IMG/VR virus record: IMGVR_UViG_3300044613_001789
Location: 202 to 64,201 of that record
Length of the DNA stretch: 64,000 nucleotides
Direction: 5' to 3' (one strand)
Source: a virus
Lineage: Duplodnaviria > Caudoviricetes
A program made the position numbers and the translations under genes. The notes beneath the pieces were generated by a model that worked only from the letters and a program-made list of their open reading frames with translations, was not told the origin of the DNA and searched no databases. Of the stretch, positions 28,277-38,332 are shown one piece after another; the stretch's first letter is position 1, and each line of letters starts with the position of its first letter.

Positions 28277-29641
28277 ATGGCCGATACAATTCGAACCAAA
28301 CGGGGCACCACAAGTGCCTGGAATGCTGCTAATCCAGTGCTCGCCTTGGGCGAGCAGGGGTATGATACGACTACCAAGCAAATGAAAATTGGGGATGGGG
28401 TGACGGCTTGGAATTCGTTGGCGTACTTGGACATATCGGCAACGAATCTAACGACTGGTACGCTACCTGATGCTAGGTTGTCGGCAAAGGTTAAATCCCT
28501 GGCTGACCTAGCAACACCAGCATCGACTAGCCTGCTTGCGATGAATGCGAGTGGGGCTTTGGTTGCTGGTGAGAGTGTCGGCATGAACACCGAAGCTGCT
28601 GGCGTAACCGTTTTAGATATTGGCCTTGCTACTTCAGGATGGCCATCTTTTAAACACATTTTGCAATCGATTGCAAATGATGGTGCACCGGGAACATTTA
28701 ATCACATCTACGCTATCGGACTCAATACGAGCGTTGAATCCTTTCACGGCAACACAATACCGGGAAAACCGACGGCTATACTTGCTTTCGAAAGCAACTA
28801 CCCCGATGTTGACGGGCTTGGCCCTGAAATGTATATGGAGTTTGCAAACCTCCAACGACCGTTTTACGCTCGCTCAATCTTCGATCCTGCAACCACAACT
28901 ATCGCGGCAGGAAGCAACGGAGCATCGCTCCCTCAATCAACAATCAATGTTGCTTCGACAACGAAGTTTCCGCAGTACGGATGGATAAAGATCGGTTCAA
29001 ACACGATTGAGTACACAGGAAAGACATCGACTAGTTTTACGGGTTGCACTGGAGGTACTGGATCGCTTGCAACTGGAAACGCTGTCGAGAGTTTGTTTCG
29101 CGATAACTCAACAGTGCACATTGATATTGGCACTGACGGCCAGGGTTCGTTTTCTCTTTTTGCAGGAAAGCTAAATCCTTCGAAACTAGCATACGCTCCT
29201 CAGTCTGGAGGCTTTTTCTTTCGCGATAACGTATCGCTCCAAAGTGGTGGCGTTTTGGTGCTTTCGGCTGCTTCGATTCCTGTACTGAACGCTAATGGTT
29301 CAAGCTATTCTCCTGCTCGTCGGTACTACTCTGAAGACTTTGCCGGCGACTCGACAATCACAATCACTGCTGATTTCGTTGACGTATTTCGTGCTCGGAT
29401 CACAACTTCTGGTACACCGATCTTCGCTGCACCAACCAATCCAACAACCGGCCAAGAACTTACGATCATACTGTCGAATCGATTCGGTGGCACGACGATC
29501 AGTGGGCCAACTTGGGATGCAGTTTTTAAGATGGCTGCGTGGGGGACTAATCCAAGCCCTGGTGCGAATCGGAAGATAACGTTTGTTTATGACGGAACGA
29601 ATTGGACTGAGATATCGAGATCGGAGTTGATTGCAAACTAA
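28277..29641 (+). CDS. Fibre protein with Mtd/hyaluronidase-type N-terminal attachment domain
   Basis: KRGT...W...NPVLALGEQGYDT...KIGDG.TAWNSL.Y; TINVASTT.FP..G.IKIG; C-terminal FVYDGTNWTE. Confidence 0.85.
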   Translation: MADTIRTKRGTTSAWNAANPVLALGEQGYDTTTKQMKIGDGVTAWNSLAYLDISATNLTTGTLPDARLSAKVKSLADLATPASTSLLAMNASGALVAGESVGMNTEAAGVTVLDIGLATSGWPSFKHILQSIANDGAPGTFNHIYAIGLNTSVESFHGNTIPGKPTAILAFESNYPDVDGLGPEMYMEFANLQRPFYARSIFDPATTTIAAGSNGASLPQSTINVASTTKFPQYGWIKIGSNTIEYTGKTSTSFTGCTGGTGSLATGNAVESLFRDNSTVHIDIGTDGQGSFSLFAGKLNPSKLAYAPQSGGFFFRDNVSLQSGGVLVLSAASIPVLNANGSSYSPARRYYSEDFAGDSTITITADFVDVFRARITTSGTPIFAAPTNPTTGQELTIILSNRFGGTTISGPTWDAVFKMAAWGTNPSPGANRKITFVYDGTNWTEISRSELIAN

Positions 29642-29929
29642 TGTCAACCCTCACAGACCTAGCAGACCGAACTAACTAAACACGGAACAAACTATGGCTT
29701 GGACATCATCAGACCCGGAAACAAATCAACTACTTTCTGCTTTGCCAATCGACCTCGCAGATGTTGCTACGTCTGATGATACCCCCCCCGTACTCAAAGG
29801 TACTTCCATGCACAAGACAAGACCAATCGCGACCGAAGGCCGACCGTAGCCAAAACCCCCTCTACGCCTAGGGCGTAGCTATAATAGTATACGTTTCCAA
29901 TTCCACCCTCTAGCCTTCTCAAAAGTATT

Positions 29930-30127
29930 ATGGCAAAAGAAGTAGTAGAAAAAGCCCCGAAGCGAAAGTTTGAACTCCTCGGTGGTTTGCACCACGTTGG
30001 AGATAAAACTTTCAAAGCTCCCGCAGTGGTCGAAAGCGACGATGACCTCGTCAAGATTTACGGACCTGAGAAGTTCCGCGAAGCCTTCGCACCCGTAGTG
30101 TCGGAGCCGGTAAAGGAACCCAGCTAA
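29930..30127 (+). CDS. Small hypothetical protein
   Basis: 65-aa ORF; TATAAT about 50 nt upstream. Confidence 0.6.
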   Translation: MAKEVVEKAPKRKFELLGGLHHVGDKTFKAPAVVESDDDLVKIYGPEKFREAFAPVVSEPVKEPS

Positions 30128-30402
30128 TGTTTTTCGGTCGCAGAGCCAACAGGCTATCCAATTCCGAGCGCCTCCTAGCAGTTCGCGTAGGGCGAGAAAA
30201 GCTAGCCGCTGCCGGCGGAAATAGCGTCGAATTCGAAAGGCTTGTGAAATCAGATGCTCGGACACAAGCAATTGATCCGGCATTAGTCGCACTGTTCATT
30301 CAGATAGCGATAGCTGTGTTTAAGTATTACATGAGTCGTAACGCCTCAGCATCGGCTATTGCCGATGAGACAGATGCTCAACTTTTGAAAAAGGTAACCT
30401 AA
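30127..30402 (+). CDS. Small membrane protein
   Basis: IDPALVALFIQIAIAVF hydrophobic helix. Confidence 0.65.
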   Translation: MFFGRRANRLSNSERLLAVRVGREKLAAAGGNSVEFERLVKSDARTQAIDPALVALFIQIAIAVFKYYMSRNASASAIADETDAQLLKKVT

Positions 30403-30405
30403 GCT

Positions 30406-30729
30406 ATGGATTTACAGCAAATCATCACATGGGCAGGCGGATTGTTGATAGGCACCGGTGTTGTGTGGACCGCTTGGCGGTACATTCAACCGTTGCTTCC
30501 GGCCAACAAAGACCGAGATGCGACCATCGAGAAACTTATCCAAACCGTCAATCGCCTTACAGAAGACCCAACCGCCCCCGATGTCATCTCGGTCCCTGAC
30601 CGAGCTACAGCCTTGGCTTACTGCGAAGCGATTCTCCGTCACCTAGAAAAGAAACCTGACCCCAAGAAAGGCGTAGACGCCTTGATTGTTGTCATGTCCC
30701 AAATAGCGGCTCCCGCTCCGAAGGAGTAA
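30406..30729 (+). CDS. Membrane protein (holin-like candidate)
   Basis: N-terminal TM helix. Confidence 0.6.
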   Translation: MDLQQIITWAGGLLIGTGVVWTAWRYIQPLLPANKDRDATIEKLIQTVNRLTEDPTAPDVISVPDRATALAYCEAILRHLEKKPDPKKGVDALIVVMSQIAAPAPKE

Positions 30730-30734
30730 TTGCC

Positions 30735-31118
30735 GTGAAAGAGTTATTCCCGAAAGGGGCTATGATACTAGGTGGTCTGTTGTTGATAGCGGCAGGCCGC
30801 TTTCCTGCGACTGGGCCTAGTGGTCCCGTAGCTGCATTCAAAGATCAGACGTTGTTTGTGCTCTACGAGAAACAAACACCAACGGTCGATCAAGTGATTG
30901 CTATCCGAGGAGCAAAGGATTTCGTTTCCTCTGCCGGATTTGCTGGTTATTTATTGATCGACGACGATAACGCCGCTTTCAGCGGTCTAATTAACAAAGC
31001 CAAGGAAAGGGGCGTAGAGCCTCCATTTTTGGCTGCCGGAAAGCCGGAAGCCGGGAAGATCAAAGAGTTTAAGAAAGTAGTGCCGTGGAAAACTGGATTC
31101 GAGGATATCCTGAAATGA
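30735..31118 (+). CDS. Membrane-anchored/secreted protein
   Basis: N-terminal hydrophobic segment, Pro/Gly linker, small alpha/beta domain. Confidence 0.6.
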   Translation: MKELFPKGAMILGGLLLIAAGRFPATGPSGPVAAFKDQTLFVLYEKQTPTVDQVIAIRGAKDFVSSAGFAGYLLIDDDNAAFSGLINKAKERGVEPPFLAAGKPEAGKIKEFKKVVPWKTGFEDILK

Positions 31119-32029
31119 ACGACGAACAAGAACCATTGCAATTGTTCGACGGTGCTGCTGTCGGCACCGGGCTTCTTATGCCCACTGCCGAGGCTGTCAA
31201 GGAATCCCTCAAAGCAGAGGAATACCCGGAAGACTGGTTCCTCGAAGATAAGGACATCGAAAAGTCGCTCAAAGGCGACACATACAAGACTTTTCGCAGA
31301 ATGCGAAGTGGTTTAATCATTAACCAAGGGTCAATCGGTAAATGCAATGCAAGTGCAGTTGTGGCTGCTATGCATAACACCCGTATGCGTGACGGTATGA
31401 CCGGCACCTTGTTTGCTGATAGCCACCTCTACATGAATATTAATCGAGGCGTAGACGGAGGCTCTCAGTTAGTAGACGCATTGCATTGGTTGACATCCAA
31501 GGGCGTATCTCCCGTCAATCTGCAAGTCAACGGTCGTGTGGTCAAGTTCCCTCTGACGGCTTTTAGCCGTCGCCAAGTCGCTCCAGCGGTCCTACAAGCA
31601 GCGGACGCCGCTGCTCCGACCTTTCAGACCTGGGAGCCGTATCGCGTGCCTGTAAGCTCTTACGAGCGGTTTAACAGGGCCGTAGCATCGGCCTTAGCCA
31701 GAGATCACCAAATTATCATCGCGTTACACGCGAGCAATGCCTTTATGTCGTTAGATAGCAAAGGTTACATTCGCCAAGGTCAAGGATACGGGAACCATGC
31801 CCTAGTCGCACATAGTGCGAAGTGGGTAGGTTCCAAGGACGATCTCGTCCATCCTGACATCCAGAACTCTTGGGGGCCGGCTAAGAATCCAGATCTAGGC
31901 CGCGTTGGCGGCCAAGGATGGGGCGAAGACGGATTCGGAAAAATCACGATGCGCAGCTTGTGGCAATGTGCCAAAACCCACGTATTCTGGGTCTACACTG
32001 GCTCCAAATTCAATCCAGGTGCCGCATGA
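31115..32029 (+). CDS. Papain-like (C1) cysteine peptidase
   Basis: NQGSIGKC (Gln, Cys), GNHAL (His), QNSWG (Asn), WGEDGFG. Confidence 0.92.
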   Translation: MNDEQEPLQLFDGAAVGTGLLMPTAEAVKESLKAEEYPEDWFLEDKDIEKSLKGDTYKTFRRMRSGLIINQGSIGKCNASAVVAAMHNTRMRDGMTGTLFADSHLYMNINRGVDGGSQLVDALHWLTSKGVSPVNLQVNGRVVKFPLTAFSRRQVAPAVLQAADAAAPTFQTWEPYRVPVSSYERFNRAVASALARDHQIIIALHASNAFMSLDSKGYIRQGQGYGNHALVAHSAKWVGSKDDLVHPDIQNSWGPAKNPDLGRVGGQGWGEDGFGKITMRSLWQCAKTHVFWVYTGSKFNPGAA

Positions 32030-32580
32030 AATATTTGCTACTTTTCCTTTGTCTGCTGTCGGTAGGATGCATTCCTGTTGTTGCCGACAACCCGCTCGTC
32101 CTAGACGAGCCTATTGTTCTGACTTCCGATACGCTGGTTGCTCCTGAAGTTACCCCGCAAGTTACCCCGCAAGTGGAGCCGCCTAAATCCAAAGTAGAGC
32201 CGGTAGTCGTTAAGCCTGCTTACCGTTGGACGTATCCGGGCGACCTGGGTACACATCTACGAAGTGTACACGGAGTAGATGTAATCGGTATGTCGCGAAG
32301 CGAGATGCTGCAAATACACGACGATCTCCACAATTCGCAGCTAGCAGTAAAAGCCCCGGCAGCCGAGGAATATATCGTCATCCAGTATACAATAGACTCT
32401 TGCGGTTGGTGTAAGTATGACGAGAAGAACATATTCCCTAAGTGGGCAGCCCATGGGTGGAAGTTCCAAAAAGTCAACGAAACAGCTAACCCGCGAGGCG
32501 TTTACCCTCGCTATGAGATCCGGTGGGTAGGCGGTAAGACGGCGACACACTCAGGCTCTTTGAGCACCTGGAAGAACTAA
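32026..32580 (+). CDS. Lipoprotein with C-terminal thioredoxin-like CxxC domain
   Basis: MKYLLLFLCLLSVGC lipobox; YTIDSCGWC; GVYPRY. Confidence 0.75.
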   Translation: MKYLLLFLCLLSVGCIPVVADNPLVLDEPIVLTSDTLVAPEVTPQVTPQVEPPKSKVEPVVVKPAYRWTYPGDLGTHLRSVHGVDVIGMSRSEMLQIHDDLHNSQLAVKAPAAEEYIVIQYTIDSCGWCKYDEKNIFPKWAAHGWKFQKVNETANPRGVYPRYEIRWVGGKTATHSGSLSTWKN

Positions 32581-32972
32581 TGCCAGCAACGACAACCGAA
32601 GAAGCAGTACAAAGAATCATCCAATACGATGCGTCCGTCATCCCTGACGTACAGCCGTTTATTGATGATGCTATTTTGATTGTGAATGCGGTTATCGGCA
32701 CAAGTTCATCGCTGTCGGATGCCCAGTTGGAATTGGTAGTTCGCTACATTGCGGCCCACCTTATGGCGGTTACCGACGTTCGGGTATCGATGGAACAGGT
32801 CAAGAGTCTGATGGTGCGGTACAACCAGCACCTAGACAAAGGCTTAGGGATCACGACTTACGGCACCACGGCTATGTTGCTGGATACCACCGGCAAGCTA
32901 GCAGCTTGGAATAACCGAGTTATTACAGGCGGGGGCATGAAGCAATTCTTCTGGGCAGGAGAAGCATCGTAA
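32580..32972 (+). CDS. Head-tail adaptor
   Basis: PFIDDA..IV, YIAAHL, T.YG..AMLLDTTG.L. Confidence 0.8.
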   Translation: MPATTTEEAVQRIIQYDASVIPDVQPFIDDAILIVNAVIGTSSSLSDAQLELVVRYIAAHLMAVTDVRVSMEQVKSLMVRYNQHLDKGLGITTYGTTAMLLDTTGKLAAWNNRVITGGGMKQFFWAGEAS

Positions 32973-33440
32973 ATGCAAATTATCAAAACCGTTCAAAAGG
33001 ATAGTCTTGTCTACTGGCCGTATGCCGGTGCTGATATGTACGGGCAACCGATCTACGGCGCTCCGGTCGTCATCAAATGCCGATGGGACGAATGCTTGAA
33101 ACAAGTATTCGACGCTGACGGTTCCCCGGTATTCTCTAAGATTGAACTTATAACCCAGATTCGGTTAGCACCGAAAGGATTAATCAAGAAGGGCAAAACG
33201 ATTCCGGTAGACGATTCCGGCTACAACGGTGAAACCCCCAGCTCCGTCATGGACGGAGACGTGTTAGACGGAGGCGGCCCTGGCGACCCGTCTACTGCTA
33301 CTTATGACGGCGGGGAGCCGGACACGATAGTCTACGCATACAACCCGAGAAACCATCCCGATGTTTTTGAGATCATAGCAGTGGAGGTTACGCCGATGCT
33401 ACGACGACGAAACGTAACATTATTTGAGGCATACGCATGA
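32973..33440 (+). CDS. Head closure protein with acidic insertion
   Basis: VYW....DMYGQP.YG.PV.IKCRW. Confidence 0.75.
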   Translation: MQIIKTVQKDSLVYWPYAGADMYGQPIYGAPVVIKCRWDECLKQVFDADGSPVFSKIELITQIRLAPKGLIKKGKTIPVDDSGYNGETPSSVMDGDVLDGGGPGDPSTATYDGGEPDTIVYAYNPRNHPDVFEIIAVEVTPMLRRRNVTLFEAYA

Positions 33441-34096
33441 CATGGCTAAATCAACTAAAAGGATGCGACGATCTCAAAGCGTTTCTTCATCATATGTCTG
33501 TCTGCGTCATTGTGTCAAAACCAGGCGGAGCCATTTTGTGGACAAACAAGGCATTTGAAGAATGGAGTGGTTATTCCTCCGAGGAGTTACAAAGAGCAGG
33601 CTGGAAACAAATAGTCGTATCCGGCGCTGATTTTGACCGTGATCCGGATGCCTCAGAACAATGGGAAGCATATTCCCCAATATACAGTATACGGACACGA
33701 TACAACAGAAAAGATGCATCGCCTTGTTGGGGTACTCTAACCGCTATGCGGTTCCCTCCGATAGGTGACATTGAGTTTTGTGTGTGTACGTGGATTCCTC
33801 ATCAAGAAACAACCAATGCGGCGTTAGACACCGCTTTGGCCGCCATCCAGAAATCAGAGAAAGCCACCAAAGAACTAAGTGATTCATTCGCCGCCTACTC
33901 GCAAATAAGCACGGAGCAACGATTTATCGTGACCGCTACAGAACTAGCTAAGAAGTACCCGAAAGTTACGTGGGCTATCATAGCTTTCGGTTTCGGATTG
34001 TTTGGGTTGAACAATGCTCTAGAGATCCTCAAAACCATCCATTTAGTGCCACCTGTCGTCACTTTGACGGCACCGACTATCCCCCAATCACCATGA
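33437..34096 (+). CDS. PAS-domain membrane protein
   Basis: GAILWTNKAFEEWSGYSSEEL...W, RYNRKD...W; coiled coil then TM helix. Confidence 0.8.
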   Translation: MTWLNQLKGCDDLKAFLHHMSVCVIVSKPGGAILWTNKAFEEWSGYSSEELQRAGWKQIVVSGADFDRDPDASEQWEAYSPIYSIRTRYNRKDASPCWGTLTAMRFPPIGDIEFCVCTWIPHQETTNAALDTALAAIQKSEKATKELSDSFAAYSQISTEQRFIVTATELAKKYPKVTWAIIAFGFGLFGLNNALEILKTIHLVPPVVTLTAPTIPQSP

Positions 34097-34482
34097 AAAT
34101 AAAAGCCAAGGTCGAGGGTATTAAGGAGCTGCGAGCAGCTCTGGCAAAATACAACAAAGACTCGGCTAAGGCATACCGGGAAGGGCTAGCTATCGTAGCT
34201 AGGGAATTGCTCCGCAATGCCCAGTTCAATACTCCAGTGGATACCGGAGCCCTCAAGGCGTCCGGGCAGTGGTGGATTATGGGTTCTGGGTGGAATTCAG
34301 TAGCCGTAGTCGGCTTTGGTAACCCGGTAACTGGCTTTGTGAAGAATGGACGCCCCCGCGTCCCTGCGGACTATGCGGTTTTCCAGCACGATCTCCCGTA
34401 TGAGCGAAAATATCTAGAAGAGGCCGTAAACGACATCGAAGACAGAGCAACCACCCTTTTCTGGCAAATTCTAGCAGTATGA
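34093..34482 (+). CDS. HK97 gp10-like tail completion protein
   Basis: VEGIKEL, TPVDTGALKAS, YAVFQH, KYLE. Confidence 0.85.
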   Translation: MKIKAKVEGIKELRAALAKYNKDSAKAYREGLAIVARELLRNAQFNTPVDTGALKASGQWWIMGSGWNSVAVVGFGNPVTGFVKNGRPRVPADYAVFQHDLPYERKYLEEAVNDIEDRATTLFWQILAV

Positions 34483-34874
34483 CAATTCGCACCCCAGCGG
34501 AAGTATTCCGCTCCGTAATTCTGACTAGAGCCACCCAATTGGGATATACGGTTTACGTCAACCACATGCAGGATACCCCCGACAAAGCCATTGTCGTCGT
34601 AGACGAAAGGGGGCTCCTCGACCAACGCACTCTCAGAGACACACAAACGGCCCAGGATCGCGTCGAAGTCCAGGTACGTGCCCAGAGCCACGTTGACGCC
34701 GGGAACGTGTTACCGACGCTCTGGGAAGACGTATTGAGGCACGTTTCCGCCACGTCCACTTATGGCGGAATCGTGCAATGTATCACGAAAGCTAATACAA
34801 TGGGATGCATGGGGCAAGAGCCGCAAACTCGCCGTTGGCGATTCAATCAAGCGTTTTTCATGGTGATATCTTAG
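34479..34874 (+). CDS. Tail terminator protein
   Basis: Position; DTPDKAIVV.D, VEVQVRA. Confidence 0.75.
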   Translation: MTIRTPAEVFRSVILTRATQLGYTVYVNHMQDTPDKAIVVVDERGLLDQRTLRDTQTAQDRVEVQVRAQSHVDAGNVLPTLWEDVLRHVSATSTYGGIVQCITKANTMGCMGQEPQTRRWRFNQAFFMVIS

Positions 34875-34875
34875 T

Positions 34876-35331
34876 ATGTCGAACACAATCCTTCGTAACG
34901 GCCATCGTACCTTAATCGAAATCGTCGGTTTGACTGCCCGATTCGAAGAAGTTTCGCTCAACCCATTCGGGATTGAGGCGGACGATTCGGTCGAACAGAC
35001 CAACATGCGAACGAACAACTGGCGAGGATTCCTCGGCGGTGCTCTTTTGACTGCGACCGAAATGTCGGTCAAGGTGCATTACGCACCCGGTGCTATCGAG
35101 CAAATAGTTCCAATTCTACGAACTAATCGCGCCGTCCGAGTGATTTTCCCAGACGGTGCTAACGTACTCGTCTATGCCATCGTCCAGTCGTTCGTCCCAG
35201 ACGAACACACAACCAACGAAAAGCCAACGGCTACGTTGACCTTACGTCCGTCCAACCTCACAACCAGCAACCCACCTGCCGAAATTGGACCTGTTTACGC
35301 TACCGGAACTACAACAACTGTAGCTCCGTAA
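34876..35331 (+). CDS. Major tail tube protein
   Basis: Position; VEQTNM....WR, V.FPDG; Thr-rich C-terminal tail. Confidence 0.8.
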   Translation: MSNTILRNGHRTLIEIVGLTARFEEVSLNPFGIEADDSVEQTNMRTNNWRGFLGGALLTATEMSVKVHYAPGAIEQIVPILRTNRAVRVIFPDGANVLVYAIVQSFVPDEHTTNEKPTATLTLRPSNLTTSNPPAEIGPVYATGTTTTVAP

Positions 35332-35352
35332 TCTTTTCTCTTTACGGACAGT

Positions 35353-35712
35353 GTGATGTTAAAGTTTAGTGCTAAGACCAAGTTTGAGGAAGTAACCTTG
35401 GAGAGTGACGCTGGCGAAGTGGTTTACACCATTCACCAGCTTACCGGAGCCCAAGCTGACGACTATAGAGCCGCCCAGGCGGCTAAGTTGAAGTTAGACG
35501 GTGCCGGTAATGTGATCGAAATCACCGATTTCAAGGGTCAGTTCACAGAGCTTCTCAAGCGATGCGTCAAGGGGCCGGATGGTAAGTTAGTCGAGTTCTC
35601 GACTCTAGGCGGATGGCCTGATGAGACGCTTCAAGGGCTTCACGAAATCGCCTTGAAGATCAATAAGATGAATCAGGACAAAGACGAGGAAGTTGACCCA
35701 AAAAAGTCCTAA
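35353..35712 (+). CDS. Tail assembly chaperone (G)
   Basis: Between tube and tape measure; ends at slippery A AAA AAG. Confidence 0.85.
   Translation: MMLKFSAKTKFEEVTLESDAGEVVYTIHQLTGAQADDYRAAQAAKLKLDGAGNVIEITDFKGQFTELLKRCVKGPDGKLVEFSTLGGWPDETLQGLHEIALKINKMNQDKDEEVDPKKS
35700..35706 (+). other. Programmed -1 frameshift slippery site
   Basis: A AAA AAG one codon before TAA; the -1 frame is open into 35739..36020. Confidence 0.85.
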
Positions 35713-36020
35713 GTGACTCAGAGTACCTTTGGTACTACGTGGCACACGAAACAGGCTGTCCAAGTGTCCAAATCCTCAAGGAGTATCTTACTTACGAGGA
35801 TCTGGAAAAATGGATGGCCTATTTTTATAGACGGAAGCAGGAACGCGAAAAGCAGGACTGGTACTTAGCGTCTATTGCTCACATAGTAGCATGTACGATG
35901 GGTCAGAGTAAAACGAAGATCGAAGACCACTTACTGAAATTCAGCAATGAAACTCCAGCCCCTAACCCCGACGCCTCTAAGGCGATGTGGTTGAAGGCTC
36001 TAGGGATTAAAGAAATATGA
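35706..36020 (+). CDS. Tail assembly chaperone frameshift extension (T)
   Basis: -1 frame reads VLSDSEYLWYYVAHETG...WMAYF...DWYLASIA. Confidence 0.8.
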   Translation, partial: VLSDSEYLWYYVAHETGCPSVQILKEYLTYEDLEKWMAYFYRRKQEREKQDWYLASIAHIVACTMGQSKTKIEDHLLKFSNETPAPNPDASKAMWLKALGIKEI

Positions 36021-38332
36021 GCGGCCCATCTCGCGAACTACCTCCATTAGTCGTAAAGATTACGGCGGATCCGTCTGTATATCTCAAGGCGTTAGATAAA
36101 ATGGTCCGGGCTACGCAGAAAGCAGCGGCCCAGATAGAGAAGAGTTTGGGCAAGGCGGCTAAAGGCGGAGGTCCGGGCGGCCCTCCGCGAGGTCCAGGAG
36201 GCGGAGGTAAGTTAGGTTGGCGAACAGAGGTTAAATGGCTCGGCAAGCACTTAGACGGCAGACGTAAGTTCGGTCAAGATTTATCTAAGATGATCGACAA
36301 ACAGACCAGAGAGCAAGCCCAACAGCACTCCAAGAACCTCGGAGACGAGATATCCCGCGAACTCAAAGCTCAGCGCAGTCGCAAACAGATATCCGATCAG
36401 CGTGCCGCTGAAGAACACCGGCAGCTCCGTCGCCAACGGATGCGACAAGTAAGCCGTCTGAAGGAAAAGGGAGTTACCGGACGCAAGGCCCGCATGGCGG
36501 GCGGCGGGCGTATGGGTGCCATGATGCAGGGTCTAGACGGCGGTAGTATGATGGGTGCCCGTGCTGATATGTACATGCATAAGCAGTCATTAGGCGGCCT
36601 TTTAGGCGGTGTGGCTAGCTTCCTGAAACCAGCAGCGGAGATGGAAACCTACGCCATAACAATCGGTCAATTTTCTAAGAGTGCCGAAGAAGCTAAAGCC
36701 ACCTTAGCTGAGATGCAGGAATTTGCATTGATATCTCCATACTCTATGGAATCCGTAGTCCAAGGCACATCTCTGATGATGCGATACGGCATGGCTGCTG
36801 GTGATGCTGTCAAGATGACTAAGATGCTGGGTGAGGTAGCCGGAGGCAATAGTGCCAAGATGGAACTGTTGGCTCTCGCAGTCGGCCAGACGACTTCTAT
36901 GGGTAAGCTAATGGGGCAAGAACTCCGTCAGATGACGGAGCACGGCTTCAATCCATTACAGATAGCAGCGGAGCAAATGCTAGGACCGCTCGCCGATCCT
37001 AAGGCCGTCAAGGAGAAGGTGCTAGAACTCAGCAAGTTGATGCGAGCAGGTAAGATCGACGCCGGATTGGTCACTGCCGCATTGGAGATATCTACATCCA
37101 AGGGAGGTAAATACGCCGGGCAAATGGAGAAGCAGGCTAATAGCGTATCCGGCCTAACTTCACAGATCGTAGAGTCGCTCAAGATAGCAGCAGCAGTGAT
37201 AGGTCAAATATTCGAGGATGATACTAAAAAAGCATTAAAGTCCGTGCTTAAGTATGTTACTGATATCATTAAATACTTACGTGACCCCAAGAATAGGGAA
37301 TTTATTAAGGCATGGGGATACTTCGTCATTAAAGTAATTGCTGCTATAGCTGCGTTTCACGCACTAGGATATGTTATAGCTAAGGTCAAATGGCTTTTCG
37401 GGTCATTGGTAATGGTGTTGCAACTGTTGCTTCCGTTGTTTAATTTACTTAAATGGGCAGTGATGGGAATAGCTAGAGCTGCTATCGGCCCTGTAGTAGC
37501 CTCATTCTTTACTATGTACGGGGCTATTATTGCAACAACTGTCGTTGCATTAGCATTAGGGGCGGCTCTCGCCTATGTAATGTATCATGCAAACGCAGAC
37601 ATCCAGAAATACAATGAAGAGCTAAAGAAATCCAATGAACTAACAGATAAGTTATCCAAGCATCATGCATCAAAACACGTACAAACGATGCTTGAGATCC
37701 GCACCGAAAAAGATCCTGCCAAACGCAAGGAGCTAGCAGAGAATGCCTTGAAATCGGCCAAAATAGAACTACAAGGCAAGGAGAGCCAGATATCGCAACA
37801 AGAGCAGCTAGTAGCCAGCTTAGAGCCTACGATAGCGTCAGCATATCAAGGTGGACGTAAAGTATGGGAAGGAGAATCCGCTACTTTAGAGCAACTGAAA
37901 CAACAGAGAGAAGCCCAGGCTAAACGAGTCGCAGAACTACAAGGCATTGTATCACCAGCCGCCCCCGGTGCCGGAGGATTGGTGACCCCGGATGCCCCAG
38001 ACTGGGCTAAAGACCCAGCTAGTGCCGCAGCACACTTCAAGTCGTTCCTTGGAGGAGGGGATGCCGAAGACGGCGACAACATGCCCAGTACACAATCTGC
38101 TTACCGTAGAGGATCAAGCGAGCACGCTCTAGCCCTATACAACCACGATGCGATGAGTATAGGTGAATCTGCTGCTGCTCGCGAAGAAGCAGAGAAGAAG
38201 CAGAAGGAAAAAGAAAAGATCGATTTACTACAGCAAATCGCAACTAACACTAAAATACAGGCTGGATTAAATTCAGTAGGTACGGTAGCCGGTGACATGG
38301 TCGCTGGTTTCCTGTCCGGAGGTAGAAAATGA
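36017..38332 (+). CDS. Tape measure protein
   Basis: A.GQ....GKLMGQELRQM...GFNPL domain, hydrophobic segment, coiled coils. Confidence 0.93.
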   Translation: MSGPSRELPPLVVKITADPSVYLKALDKMVRATQKAAAQIEKSLGKAAKGGGPGGPPRGPGGGGKLGWRTEVKWLGKHLDGRRKFGQDLSKMIDKQTREQAQQHSKNLGDEISRELKAQRSRKQISDQRAAEEHRQLRRQRMRQVSRLKEKGVTGRKARMAGGGRMGAMMQGLDGGSMMGARADMYMHKQSLGGLLGGVASFLKPAAEMETYAITIGQFSKSAEEAKATLAEMQEFALISPYSMESVVQGTSLMMRYGMAAGDAVKMTKMLGEVAGGNSAKMELLALAVGQTTSMGKLMGQELRQMTEHGFNPLQIAAEQMLGPLADPKAVKEKVLELSKLMRAGKIDAGLVTAALEISTSKGGKYAGQMEKQANSVSGLTSQIVESLKIAAAVIGQIFEDDTKKALKSVLKYVTDIIKYLRDPKNREFIKAWGYFVIKVIAAIAAFHALGYVIAKVKWLFGSLVMVLQLLLPLFNLLKWAVMGIARAAIGPVVASFFTMYGAIIATTVVALALGAALAYVMYHANADIQKYNEELKKSNELTDKLSKHHASKHVQTMLEIRTEKDPAKRKELAENALKSAKIELQGKESQISQQEQLVASLEPTIASAYQGGRKVWEGESATLEQLKQQREAQAKRVAELQGIVSPAAPGAGGLVTPDAPDWAKDPASAAAHFKSFLGGGDAEDGDNMPSTQSAYRRGSSEHALALYNHDAMSIGESAAAREEAEKKQKEKEKIDLLQQIATNTKIQAGLNSVGTVAGDMVAGFLSGGRK

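Noticed and set aside
29641-29880. Phase-variable or frameshifted small gene with a C8 tract near 29782
   Set aside because: Only short ORFs with no recognisable motif; cannot distinguish remnant from spacer
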